A stretch of DNA of 64,000 nt from Bacteroidaceae bacterium (GTDB lineage: Bacteria > Bacteroidota > Bacteroidia > Bacteroidales > Bacteroidaceae). The notes beneath the pieces are model-generated. The model was not told the origin of the DNA. It worked only from the letters and a program-made list of their open reading frames with translations, and made no database searches. This document shows positions 37,978-48,203 of the stretch, in pieces; the first letter of the stretch is position 1; the number at the start of each line of letters is the position of its first letter. The stretch is from NCBI GenBank assembly GCA_016280445.1, contig JAEEGS010000040.1, forward strand, positions 53,998 to 117,997, read 5' to 3'. A program made the position numbers and the translations under genes.

Positions 37978-38297
37978 TGCATCTGCCCACATGCGCTACC
38001 CGATGCGAGGGAACAGCCGAAGGGTGGAGCACTACATATTAAAGGGCGTTACTGACGCTTTGTTTTTGGTCATTCGAAACTTAGGAACTTCCGAATATAC
38101 AATCAAGAACAATGCAAGGGTAACTCTACGGGGTGTAGTATATACTCTCCGTAGTGTGCTGCGAGGATCAAGCATCCTCAACGCACACTTTACGGGTGTT
38201 TATATACTCCAAACGTGGGTGTTTCTCTGTCTGTTTTTCTCTATGGCTGTGGAAGGCCAGAATATCGAACGGGCAGATGCAAGCATCCACGTTTTTT
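37978..38297 (+). ncRNA. Candidate structured non-coding RNA (~320 nt) upstream of a serine recombinase gene; class unknown
   Basis: An 11-bp perfect long-range helix, TGCATCTGCCC (37978-37988) / GGGCAGATGCA (38271-38281). Internal hairpins at 38072-38096, 38124-38153 and 38154-38188. The 3' end has CCACGTTTTTT (T-run 38292-38297). No conserved motif of RNase P, tmRNA, SRP or 6S RNA was recognised. Confidence 0.45.
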
Positions 38298-38351
38298 ATG
38301 TGTAGTTGGCCATAAATACTAACTCGTTCGCTTTGCAAAGGATGGGTCAAG

Positions 38352-38534
38352 GTGCTTTACAACTATGCAACGGATGCCTTCGATGTGTATTTCTTGAACA
38401 ATCAGAAGGAGGTCGTGGAGAAGGTGGAAGAAGTTTATCTTGACAACCTCGTGGATGTTATTGACCGTCACGTAGAGAAGACCTCAGATTACGAGGAAAG
38501 GGTCAGAGCAGAATACGGGATAACAGCATCGTAA
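38352..38534 (+). CDS. Small acidic hypothetical protein (60 aa, GTG start)
   Basis: ORF only, with no in-frame ATG. It lies just upstream of the recombinase gene on the same strand. Confidence 0.3.
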   Translation: MLYNYATDAFDVYFLNNQKEVVEKVEEVYLDNLVDVIDRHVEKTSDYEERVRAEYGITAS

Positions 38535-38586
38535 TAACCCCAATTACATAAGTAATACGTTCGTTTCACACACGTAAAACAGCATT

Positions 38587-39276
38587 ATGAAAGCAAGAAA
38601 ATTTGTCAGTTGGCGTAGAGTGAGCACCCAAAAGCAGGGTCGCTCAGGTCTTGGTCTTGAAGCACAGCAATCCATCATTCGTTATTTTGTGGATGAGGCT
38701 AATGGAGAATTGATTGCCGACTATTACGAGACATATACAGGTAAGAACCTTCATGGCTGCACAGAACTACAAAAGGCGATGGAGTTCGCAAAAAAGAACG
38801 ATGCCATATTGATGATAGCCAAAAGTGATAGATTCAGAAACTTGGAACAAGCCTTAGAAGTGTATAGGATAATGGATGGTAACATCTATTTTTGTGACGT
38901 ACCTATGGCCGAAGATAAGGCAACCTACAAGTTTATGTTATCCCTTGGATGGTCGTTGGCAGAACGTGAGGCAGCAATAACAAGCCTCAGGACAAAACAA
39001 GCGTTACAGGCGAAGCGTGAGCGTGGGGAAAGAGTTGGCAATCCCAATGCAAAAGTTACAGTCGATATGAGAGCCAACAGCATTACAAGCAGACGTATGG
39101 ATGCACAGATGAACGATAACAACCGAAGGGCATACAAGTTGGTCTGCTTGTTAAGAGAGCAAGGCAAGTCATTCGCTGAGATTGCAAGAGAGTTGAATGA
39201 GAGCGGCTATAAAACGTCTAATGGTAAACAATGGCAAGCAGTCCAAGTGCAAAGATTGACGGCTCTGTACCAATGA
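38587..39276 (+). CDS. Small serine recombinase (resolvase/invertase family) with a C-terminal HTH
   Basis: Catalytic-serine motif SWRRVSTQKQ near the N-terminus, a resolvase core, and a C-terminal HTH (SFAEIARELNESGYKTSNGKQW). Confidence 0.88.
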   Translation: MKARKFVSWRRVSTQKQGRSGLGLEAQQSIIRYFVDEANGELIADYYETYTGKNLHGCTELQKAMEFAKKNDAILMIAKSDRFRNLEQALEVYRIMDGNIYFCDVPMAEDKATYKFMLSLGWSLAEREAAITSLRTKQALQAKRERGERVGNPNAKVTVDMRANSITSRRMDAQMNDNNRRAYKLVCLLREQGKSFAEIARELNESGYKTSNGKQWQAVQVQRLTALYQ

Positions 39277-39388
39277 ATGATGGCACAGAAACTGACGCTC
39301 CATGACACTTTTATCCCCCCGTATGGTTATTTTTCAATAAAATAGCTTTTTTACCTCCAATCCTAATGACCGATTGGGGATTATTTGT

Positions 39389-39396
39389 TATCTTTG
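39389..39396 (+). promoter_or_regulatory. -7 box TAtcTTTG with a ~200-nt leader before the WG-repeat gene
   Basis: Exact TAnnTTTG match. The leader contains the hairpin AAAGCG-CATTT-CGCTTT. Confidence 0.45.
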
Positions 39397-39594
39397 CAAC
39401 GCTATATTGCCGTAATAGGCATTGTTGGCAGACATATTGGAGAAAGCGCATTTTCGCTTTGCCTATCGGTGTGAACTTCGAGCACTCGAGGCCTTACACT
39501 GAGGAAGAGAGGAATGTTGGCTCCGCTTTTCGTATATGTCTTCACATAATTTTAACCGCACTCATCGGGCCAAAAGTGTGTAAATGTTATTAAG

Positions 39595-40737
39595 ATGGCA
39601 CTTATTAAATGTACTGAATGTGGAAAAATGATTTCAAGTAGGGCATTAAAGTGTCCTGATTGTGGATGTCCAATAGAAAGTGTTGGAGCAATCCAAGAAG
39701 AAGTGAAGGACGAAGAGCCCGTAAAAAAGAGTAAAGGCAAACTATGGTCTTTGCTTGCTATATTGTTCTGCCTTTTAATAGGTGGAGGATATGCTTATGC
39801 TAAACTCTTTAATGGTGGAAGCAGTGAAGGTTCTGCAATCGTGGAACTAACCCCCGAGTTTGTCAATGCTATCCAAAAGTATGAAGAACTTGGTTCGTTT
39901 TCAGAAGGAATGGCTGCGGTTATGAGAGATGGCAAATGGGGTTATATTAATACAAAAGGAGAGGAAGTTATTCCCTGTCAATTCCCTAATGCTGATTATT
40001 ATAATACAGCAAGTCCTTTTCACGAGGGTTTGGCTCTCATACAAAAGGATGGAAAGTGGGGTTTTATTAATACAAAAGGTGACGAAGTAATCCCCATTAA
40101 TATAGAAGCAGAAGCCGTTGGTAGGTTCTCAGAAGGCTTGGCTTTTGTATATAAAAGCGGCGAAGACTTTTCTGTCATAGATAAGGAAGGTAATACTTTA
40201 TTTAGTGATAAATGTATAAACTTTGGTGAATATTATACAGACGATTTTGATGAAAGTGTTTTACCTTTCTATCGCCAAGGCCTACTATACGTACGGATAA
40301 GTTACGACAAATTTACCGTATATGATAAGCAAGGAAACAAAACAAAAGAGATTAATCAAGAAACCAAAGATGAACTTGACAAACAAGAAGATTCGAAACC
40401 ATACACTATTTTTTTAAAAGAGTTTGACGACAATGAGGTATTATATACTGTTGGATTGAAAGATGCGAATGGAACAGAACTCTTACCTGCAATTTATGAC
40501 GAAATTGAAAATTACGGTCTTGAACAATATTTTGATGCTCCCAATGGCGTTGTTTTAGTTGTTTTAGAAGAAATCGGTGATGATGTTTTTGAAGGATATG
40601 CAGGTGAGTTAGAAAACACTAAACGTTATTATGGTTATGCCGACCTAAAAGGTAATGATACATTTACAGATGAAATTAAACAAAAATGTAAAAAGTCAAA
40701 AGAAGATGCCATTGCAAAGGGATTATTAGATTATTAA
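39595..40737 (+). CDS. Zinc-ribbon, single-pass membrane protein with WG (KWG-type) beta-repeats
   Basis: N-terminal CTECG...CPDCGC zinc ribbon, a TM helix (LWSLLAILFCLLIGGGYAYA) and repeated DGKWGYINTKGEEVIP / DGKWGFINTKGDEVIP units. Visibly AT-rich codon usage. Confidence 0.8.
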   Translation: MALIKCTECGKMISSRALKCPDCGCPIESVGAIQEEVKDEEPVKKSKGKLWSLLAILFCLLIGGGYAYAKLFNGGSSEGSAIVELTPEFVNAIQKYEELGSFSEGMAAVMRDGKWGYINTKGEEVIPCQFPNADYYNTASPFHEGLALIQKDGKWGFINTKGDEVIPINIEAEAVGRFSEGLAFVYKSGEDFSVIDKEGNTLFSDKCINFGEYYTDDFDESVLPFYRQGLLYVRISYDKFTVYDKQGNKTKEINQETKDELDKQEDSKPYTIFLKEFDDNEVLYTVGLKDANGTELLPAIYDEIENYGLEQYFDAPNGVVLVVLEEIGDDVFEGYAGELENTKRYYGYADLKGNDTFTDEIKQKCKKSKEDAIAKGLLDY

Positions 40738-41035
40738 TGTAGTAACTGATGAGTATTTTGAAGAAGACGAAGGATTAACTTAGGAGCTGGGTAGAGCGAG
40801 GGATATTCCTTAGATATTGCTACCATATCCCTACCATTGCCGAATGATATCCGACAACGCTTCGCAAAGCGTACATCTCCGTAAGCATAGCGTGGGTATA
40901 GCGTAATCATAGCGAATGCTTGTCCTCTTCTTCCCCTAACGCGATCCGACAAGCCACAGTAGCTACATCTCTGCTTCCCCCTTGCTTGATGTATGCTTTA
41001 TCCTTGCAATCGTTTATTTTTTCAAAATAATTTGC

Positions 41036-41043
41036 TAACTTTG
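41036..41043 (+). promoter_or_regulatory. -7 box TAacTTTG upstream of the HUH-Y1 gene
   Basis: Exact TAnnTTTG match, 20 nt before ATG 41063. Confidence 0.5.
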
Positions 41044-41062
41044 CCGCAGAAAAAGATGACGG

Positions 41063-42163
41063 ATGGCAGAACAAGAGAAATGGCAATGGCAAGAGCCCGG
41101 TACAACTTGGAAGGGGGTCGGTTTATATCATATCATATTGACGATTCCCGACCGTCGGCCTTTGTTGGGTACGCTGGTTGTTCCTGAAAGAGACCCTTCG
41201 AAGGCTAGGGTGAGCCGCACGGCTTTAGGGAATGCCCTTGTGAATTGTCTGCTGGGAATCCCACGTTATCATCCTGAGGTGCAGGTGCTCCATTTCTGTC
41301 TGATGCCTGACCACCTGCATGCTGTGTTATTTGTGAGGCGGAGAATGGCGAAAGGAATTGGGATGTTGGTTCGTGGATTCTGGCAGGCAACAAAGAAACT
41401 AGGGCGCGCTTATTCAGCAGCTTCTTCTGTTGAGCCGAATGATATTCGGGAAAGTTGCCAAGAAGAGAAACTGCTGGGAAAACTCCAGGAAGAGACTGTT
41501 CGATTAGAGAAACTTGCAGCGGTACTGTGCAAGGAGATGGGTGATGAGGCTTATTACCGCCTGGAACCTGTCTTCAAGGAGATGCCTTTCATACGTCCGA
41601 TGGGGCGGCGCTCACAACTGCCCAACACGATTCGCTATATTGATATGAATCCCCAACGGTTGGCCACCAAGCGCCTCAAGCCAGGTTTGTTCCGAGTTCA
41701 GAAGGATATTGAGATTGGCGGACGACGATATGATGGAGTGGGTAATGCGACTTTACTGATGGCTGAGCACTTCAAGCCTGTTCATGTACGCCACGAGCTG
41801 TTGGACGAAGCCGCCAACGGCGACAGCCAGCCTCTGCGCAATTATATGAACGGCTGCGTGCAGGCTGCCCGTCAAGGGACGGTGATGGTTTCGCCTTTTA
41901 TCTCACCTAAAGAGAAGGATGTACAGGCCGTTCTCCTTGCAGAGAAACACCCCTTCATCCTTCTTGCTGACAATGGTTTTCGTGACTACTACAAGCCTGC
42001 AGACAGCCTGTTTGATGCATGTGCTTCGGGGCGTGTGCTTATCCTTAGTCCTTGGCCTTACGATGCCAACAAACGGCATATCAGCAGAGCTGATTGCAAA
42101 GCCCTCAATGCGATGGCGGAAGAAATCTGTCATCACCTTATGGGGAGCGGGAAATTCTCATGA
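41063..42163 (+). CDS. HUH-Y1 transposase homologue (IS200/RAYT-like), enlarged to 366 aa
   Basis: HUH motif in LMPDHLHAVLF. The catalytic-Tyr helix motif is NTIRYIDMNPQRL (compare the Y-x-x-x-NP of IS200/RAYT proteins). There is a long insertion between the two motifs and a ~150-aa C-terminal extension. Confidence 0.65.
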   Translation: MAEQEKWQWQEPGTTWKGVGLYHIILTIPDRRPLLGTLVVPERDPSKARVSRTALGNALVNCLLGIPRYHPEVQVLHFCLMPDHLHAVLFVRRRMAKGIGMLVRGFWQATKKLGRAYSAASSVEPNDIRESCQEEKLLGKLQEETVRLEKLAAVLCKEMGDEAYYRLEPVFKEMPFIRPMGRRSQLPNTIRYIDMNPQRLATKRLKPGLFRVQKDIEIGGRRYDGVGNATLLMAEHFKPVHVRHELLDEAANGDSQPLRNYMNGCVQAARQGTVMVSPFISPKEKDVQAVLLAEKHPFILLADNGFRDYYKPADSLFDACASGRVLILSPWPYDANKRHISRADCKALNAMAEEICHHLMGSGKFS

Positions 42164-42187
42164 CAGATTCGGGTTTAAGACAAAAAA

Positions 42188-42221
42188 GACTGGAAGAGCG
42201 GGGTGTGTCGTTCTTCCAGTC
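42188..42221. terminator. Bidirectional intrinsic terminator between the HUH-Y1 gene and putA
   Basis: 10-bp stem GACTGGAAGA / TCTTCCAGTC, flanked by AAAAAA upstream and ATTTT downstream. Confidence 0.7.
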
Positions 42222-42265
42222 ATTTTGGTGTATTACATTTCCAGCCAGTTGCTGAACGTGTGCTG

Positions 42266-45200
42266 TCAATCCTCCACTTTTGGTACTTCTATTTGAGAGC
42301 CGTAGCGGTGGTACTCGTTGGCAATGGATTGTTCCTTGATGTAGAGAGCCAGTTCGATGCGGCCGTTCTTCACAGGTGCGGATTGGGCGATGTATTTGTC
42401 GCAGTTGGCAGCTGCCTCGAAGACGATGTCGGGCACGTCCTGAGAGATTGTGCGCACGCGTTCATACAGCTTGATGCTTTCGCAGAAGGTGGCGAGGCTT
42501 TCCTTCTTGATGGTGCCCGACAGTTGGGAAAGGAGGGTATGGTGGTCGTCGGCAGAGATGGTGAGCGGTGTGCCCACAGTTTGTGCTGCCAGTTGAACCA
42601 TCTGCACCTGTTCCAATGTTTCGTCGCCAAAGAGACGGAGCACCATGCCTCCCTTGAGTGGGAGATAGCGGAACACGTTCTGCTCTCCACGAATCTTGGG
42701 TTGGATGTTGCGGGCATGATGGAACTCCTTCTCATACCATTCAGCATAGGACTGGCGGTAGTCGGTCGTGCTGCCGGCCTTGTCGGTGATGGACATGAAT
42801 TGAGCGCAGTAGTTGGGGCCACCTGCTTTGAGGCCAGGACCGAAAGCGGAGAGCTTCATGCCGCCAAAGGGTTGACGGTTCACAATGGCTCCTGTGATGC
42901 CTCGATTGATGTAGAGGTTTCCTGCCATGATGTGGTTCTTCCAATACTTCTGTTCCTGTTCATCGAGCGATTGCAAACCAGAGGTGAGCCCATAGTCGAG
43001 GCTGTTCACAAGCTCCACGGCTTCCTCCAGTGTGTCGTATGGGGTGACAGCAAGGAGCGGGGCGAACAATTCCGTGCGGAAGGTGAAGGAGGTCGGTTTC
43101 ACGTCGTACTTCACTGTGGGTTTGAGGATGTATCTCTTCTGGTCGATAAACTCTGGTGCAATGAGCCATTTCTCGCCCTCTTCGAGCTTGAAGGCCTGTT
43201 CCAGTTTCTCGTTCTGGTTGGTAATCATCGGCCCCACAATGTTACCGGCATTCCACACACCGCCCACCTTGAGCGAGGAGGCACAATCCTTGAGTTTCTC
43301 GAGGAATTCGGGGGTGTTGTAAACAGAACGTTCCACCAGCAGAATGGAGCAAGCTGAACATTTCTGTCCTGCATTGCCGAAAGCGCTCCGGCAGGCATTC
43401 ATGATGGCGTGGTCGCGGTCACCTTTGGCAGAGAGTATCATCACGTTCTTTCCGCCCGTCTCGGCAGAGAGGGGTTTGCGTGGGTTTGCATGAGCGATGC
43501 TCTGTGCAGTTTCGGTACCACCTGTCAGGATGATGTGTTTTACTACAGGCGAGGAAGTGAGCATTGGGGTGGCTTCCTTGTCGGTGATGACCACTTGAAG
43601 CGCTTCCTTGGGCACTCCTGCCTCCCAGAATGCTTTGGCAAACAACCACGCAACGGGGGCGGCAACGGTGGCAGGTTTCAGGATGCAGGTGTTGCCCGAT
43701 GCCAGTGCTGCCACCACTCCTCCACAAGGAATGGCGCATGGGAAGTTCCAGGGCGAGAGCACCAGCACGGTACCCTTGGCCTTCATGTCGATGTCGCCTA
43801 AAGCAGCGTATTTCTTCATCGTGGTGGTGTAGAAACGGCAGTAGTCGATGCCTTCCGACACTTCCACATCGGCTTCTTCGATGGTCTTGCCTGTGATGGC
43901 ACACATGGAGCCACAGAGGTCGCCACGCATCTGTCCCATAATGTTGGCGGCCTTGTACATGATGCGATGACGCTCCTCTATCGAGGTCTTTCTCCATCCA
44001 GCAGGGTCTTTCTCGGCAATGTCGAGCATTTGTGCTGTTTGAGCCTTGTTGGCGCGTGACATCTCACACACAATGACATCGCCTTCCTGCGAGCGGTCAT
44101 AGTATCTGGCGTGGTCATCATTGTAGAAAAGCTGGCTGCCAATTTGGGTGGGAAGCAGGTCGCCTGGTTGCCAGTCGCCCCATTCTGATTTCTTGCCTGA
44201 CATGTTGCCCTTTGACTGCCATTTGGCAAAGATTTTCTCCACCCACTCTTGGTTGCAGAAGCGGTCGAAGTCAGTATCTGGCTCATTGATCATCTCATCT
44301 TGTGGATCCTGACCCACGTATGGCTGGTTGCGGTCTTGGTTGCGGGTGGGTGTATGGTTGAGGCTGTCCTTCATGTTGTAGGCAGCGATGAACTGCTGCT
44401 CCAGGTCTTTCCATTCCTTCGTGTTGGGTTTCAAGGAGAAGGAATGAGTGAGGAAGTTGTCGGGAGCTGTGTTCTCGTCCATGCGGCGCACCAGATAGGA
44501 TATGGCGTTGAGGAAGTGTTCCTTTTTCACCACAGGGGTGTAGAGAATCACGTGGTTGCCCAACTTCTTCTGCGCTCTCCATACATGGTTGGCCATACCT
44601 TCCAGCATCTCGAAGCAGAAGCAGTCCTTGGGGGTCTGATACATCTCAGTGAGCAGATAGGCATAACTGATGGTGAACAGGTTGTGGCTGGCCATTCCGA
44701 TATGCAGCACGCGGGCATTTTCAGGTTTCAAGCCACGCTCGATGATGTGCAGGTAGTTGGCATCCACTTCTGTCTTGTTGCTTCTGACAGGGTTGGGCCA
44801 TCCGCGTATGTCGCTCACTATGTTTTCCATGTCGAGATTGCATCCCTTCACTATGCGCATCTTGATGGGAGAACCACCTGCTGCCACACGTGCTTTGGCA
44901 AATTCCAGCAGTTCGCTCTGGAAGCCCCAAGCATCGGGCAGATAGGCCTGCACCACAATGCCCGCTTCGTAGTTCTTGAACTGTGGCAGTGAGAGCACGT
45001 CCTTGAAGAGCTTCATCGTGAGGTGGGCATCCTTGTACTCCTCCATGTCGAGATTGATGAACTTGGGTCTCGTCACACCATTGGGGTCGGTGTAGGGATT
45101 GTCGATAGCAGCCTGATAGAGGGCCGACATGCGCTTGATGAGTTCAGGGAATGATTCCTTGTAATTGAGGGCATGGGTCTGTGCATAAATGCCTGAAATC

Positions 45201-45748
45201 TTCACAGAGATATAGTTGATGTCTGGCTCCTTCAGCGCTTCCAGATAGGAGAAGTAGCGTTTGTCGGCTTCTCCATCACCCAACACCACCTCGCCCAGCA
45301 GGTTCACGTTCTGTCCGATGTTTTGGTCAAATCGGGTGGCAAGGTGCTTCGTCAGGTTGGGACGAGCAGCGTTGATGATGACACGGCTGGTGTCTCTGCG
45401 TAATCTCCATTTGATGATAGGTACAGCAGCCCAGTTGAAGAGAGGCAGGTAAGCAAATGTCTGGTACATCCAGAAGAGGAAGTGGTCGCCAGCATCCAAG
45501 AACTTAGGGATGCCGTACTGATCCATCAAATCCTTCACACGGATGGCAAGCTTTTGGGTGTCGCGCACCTGGCTGGTTTCGTCGAGCATGCGTACAATGA
45601 ACTTCTTGTCGTTGGGGGTAGTCACCATCGTGCCATACATGTGCTGCTCACTCTTCTCGGTCTTTGTCAAGCCCGAATAACTCTCATCATAAAGTTTCCT
45701 CATCCATGAGAAAACCTCGTCAATGGTTGGGAATCTCTGTTCTTCCAT
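42266..45748 (-). CDS. putA: Bifunctional proline dehydrogenase / L-glutamate-gamma-semialdehyde dehydrogenase
   Basis: 1160 aa. The PRODH barrel region has FEMLEGMANH. The ALDH domain has SPWNFPCAIP and the catalytic GQKCSACS. Confidence 0.9.
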   Translation of the reverse strand: MEEQRFPTIDEVFSWMRKLYDESYSGLTKTEKSEQHMYGTMVTTPNDKKFIVRMLDETSQVRDTQKLAIRVKDLMDQYGIPKFLDAGDHFLFWMYQTFAYLPLFNWAAVPIIKWRLRRDTSRVIINAARPNLTKHLATRFDQNIGQNVNLLGEVVLGDGEADKRYFSYLEALKEPDINYISVKISGIYAQTHALNYKESFPELIKRMSALYQAAIDNPYTDPNGVTRPKFINLDMEEYKDAHLTMKLFKDVLSLPQFKNYEAGIVVQAYLPDAWGFQSELLEFAKARVAAGGSPIKMRIVKGCNLDMENIVSDIRGWPNPVRSNKTEVDANYLHIIERGLKPENARVLHIGMASHNLFTISYAYLLTEMYQTPKDCFCFEMLEGMANHVWRAQKKLGNHVILYTPVVKKEHFLNAISYLVRRMDENTAPDNFLTHSFSLKPNTKEWKDLEQQFIAAYNMKDSLNHTPTRNQDRNQPYVGQDPQDEMINEPDTDFDRFCNQEWVEKIFAKWQSKGNMSGKKSEWGDWQPGDLLPTQIGSQLFYNDDHARYYDRSQEGDVIVCEMSRANKAQTAQMLDIAEKDPAGWRKTSIEERHRIMYKAANIMGQMRGDLCGSMCAITGKTIEEADVEVSEGIDYCRFYTTTMKKYAALGDIDMKAKGTVLVLSPWNFPCAIPCGGVVAALASGNTCILKPATVAAPVAWLFAKAFWEAGVPKEALQVVITDKEATPMLTSSPVVKHIILTGGTETAQSIAHANPRKPLSAETGGKNVMILSAKGDRDHAIMNACRSAFGNAGQKCSACSILLVERSVYNTPEFLEKLKDCASSLKVGGVWNAGNIVGPMITNQNEKLEQAFKLEEGEKWLIAPEFIDQKRYILKPTVKYDVKPTSFTFRTELFAPLLAVTPYDTLEEAVELVNSLDYGLTSGLQSLDEQEQKYWKNHIMAGNLYINRGITGAIVNRQPFGGMKLSAFGPGLKAGGPNYCAQFMSITDKAGSTTDYRQSYAEWYEKEFHHARNIQPKIRGEQNVFRYLPLKGGMVLRLFGDETLEQVQMVQLAAQTVGTPLTISADDHHTLLSQLSGTIKKESLATFCESIKLYERVRTISQDVPDIVFEAAANCDKYIAQSAPVKNGRIELALYIKEQSIANEYHRYGSQIEVPKVED

Positions 45749-45800
45749 TGTTTTCAGGTCAATTAAAAAAGTTAGTTTTTCCGATTGCTAATCTCTGGGG

Positions 45801-45808
45801 CAAAGATA
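45801..45808 (-). promoter_or_regulatory. -7 box TAtcTTTG (minus strand) upstream of putA
   Basis: CAAAGATA on the plus strand, ~55 nt upstream of the putA start. Confidence 0.5.
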
Positions 45809-46073
45809 CGGCAAAAAAGTTGTAAAAACATAAAGATGCCTTCTTTTTTCATGGAAAGTGCACGATTTTTCTACTTTTTCTTCCATCAAGAGCGAAGAAA
45901 GAGTCTCTCTGTCAGTTTCAGTCAGCAGAAAAATGACAAAGTGTCACACGTGGCAGTCAATGTGTGTGGCTGGTACGACATTTGTTGTAGCTCCATTGTG
46001 AATTTTTGGTAAAGATTTCTATCATGATTCAATCAATAACGTGATATATTCAACTAAAAAAACTCAAAAGACT

Positions 46074-46346
46074 ATGAACATTCAACCATTGGCAGACAGG
46101 GTGCTGGTGCTCCCCAAACCTGCGGAAGAGAAGACGGTGGGTGGCATCATCATTCCAGACACCGCAAAGGAGAAGCCCCTGCAGGGCGAAGTTGTTGCTT
46201 GTGGCAACGGCACGAAGGACGAGGAGATGGTCGTGAAGGTAGGCGACCAGGTTCTCTATGGCAAGTATTCTGGCACGGAACTCGAGTACGAGGGCGTGAA
46301 GTATCTCATGATGCGTCAAAGTGACGTGTTGGCAATCTTGAAATAA
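46074..46346 (+). CDS. groES: Co-chaperonin GroES
   Basis: [12 protein letters not shown]...[13 protein letters not shown]...[13 protein letters not shown]. The start is set at ATG 46074. Confidence 0.95.
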   Translation: MNIQPLADRVLVLPKPAEEKTVGGIIIPDTAKEKPLQGEVVACGNGTKDEEMVVKVGDQVLYGKYSGTELEYEGVKYLMMRQSDVLAILK

Positions 46347-46376
46347 AATTGAAAAATTAAAAGATTGAAGAATTGA

Positions 46377-48077
<1,701 letters not shown>

Positions 48078-48144
48078 TAGCCCACCAGCCCACGCGCTGG
48101 GCGAAGGTTGCCATGCGGATAGAAAGTCAATAATCAACAATAGG

Positions 48145-48183
48145 AAAGGCTTCGGCACAGCGATGTGTCGAAGCCTTTTTTGT
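48145..48183 (+). terminator. Intrinsic terminator after groEL (possibly bidirectional with the convergent GH43 gene)
   Basis: Stem AAAGGCTTCG / CGAAGCCTTT followed by a T-run. Confidence 0.75.
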
Positions 48184-48203
48184 TGATGATATTTTTATGT
48201 GCG

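Noticed and set aside
37978-38281. The 11-bp inverted repeats as boundaries of an invertible DNA switch (inverton) flipped by the adjacent serine recombinase
   Set aside because: No TAnnTTTG-type promoter was found inside the 282-bp segment in either orientation. The only promoter box lies just outside and points inward, which fits an RNA closing helix better. This is not excluded. Read-pair orientation in population sequencing would decide.
37943-38305. 120-aa ORF (or 104 aa from ATG 37991) covering the whole candidate ncRNA region
   Set aside because: The track start lies upstream of the promoter box and there is no recognisable domain. The region is saturated with stem-loops and a 5'/3' closing helix, and many equally long spurious ORFs occur in this window. 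It remains the main alternative to the ncRNA call and would be settled by conservation and dN/dS analysis.
38555-38564. ATACGTTCGT, a 9/10 match to the ARACGTWCGT inverted-repeat consensus remembered for Mpi-type promoter invertases in Bacteroides
   Set aside because: It is a single copy, and I could not find an inverted partner within several hundred bp. The nearest relative (AACTCGTTCG, ~38321) is in direct orientation.
39366-39593. 75-aa ORF in the leader of the WG-repeat gene
   Set aside because: It starts upstream of the promoter box, is rich in Cys/Trp/Arg with no domain, and is more simply explained as a 5' UTR.
40788-40850. tRNA-like fragment (GGAGCTGGGTAGAGCG... followed by a 5-bp stem and 7-nt loop TCCTTAG)
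   Set aside because: There is no T-arm (GTTCGAATC-type) or acceptor pairing, and position 33 of the loop is C rather than U. It is probably a chance hairpin or at most a decayed remnant.
42203-43357. Long antisense ORFs inside well-supported genes (for example 42203-43357 in putA, 4735-6327 in the C26/M19 gene, 46431-47492 in groEL, 59587-60603 in the desulfurase gene, 9553-10296 in glgX)
   Set aside because: These are shadow ORFs opposite strongly conserved coding frames, with no motifs and with biased His/Val/Gly-rich composition typical of antisense translation.
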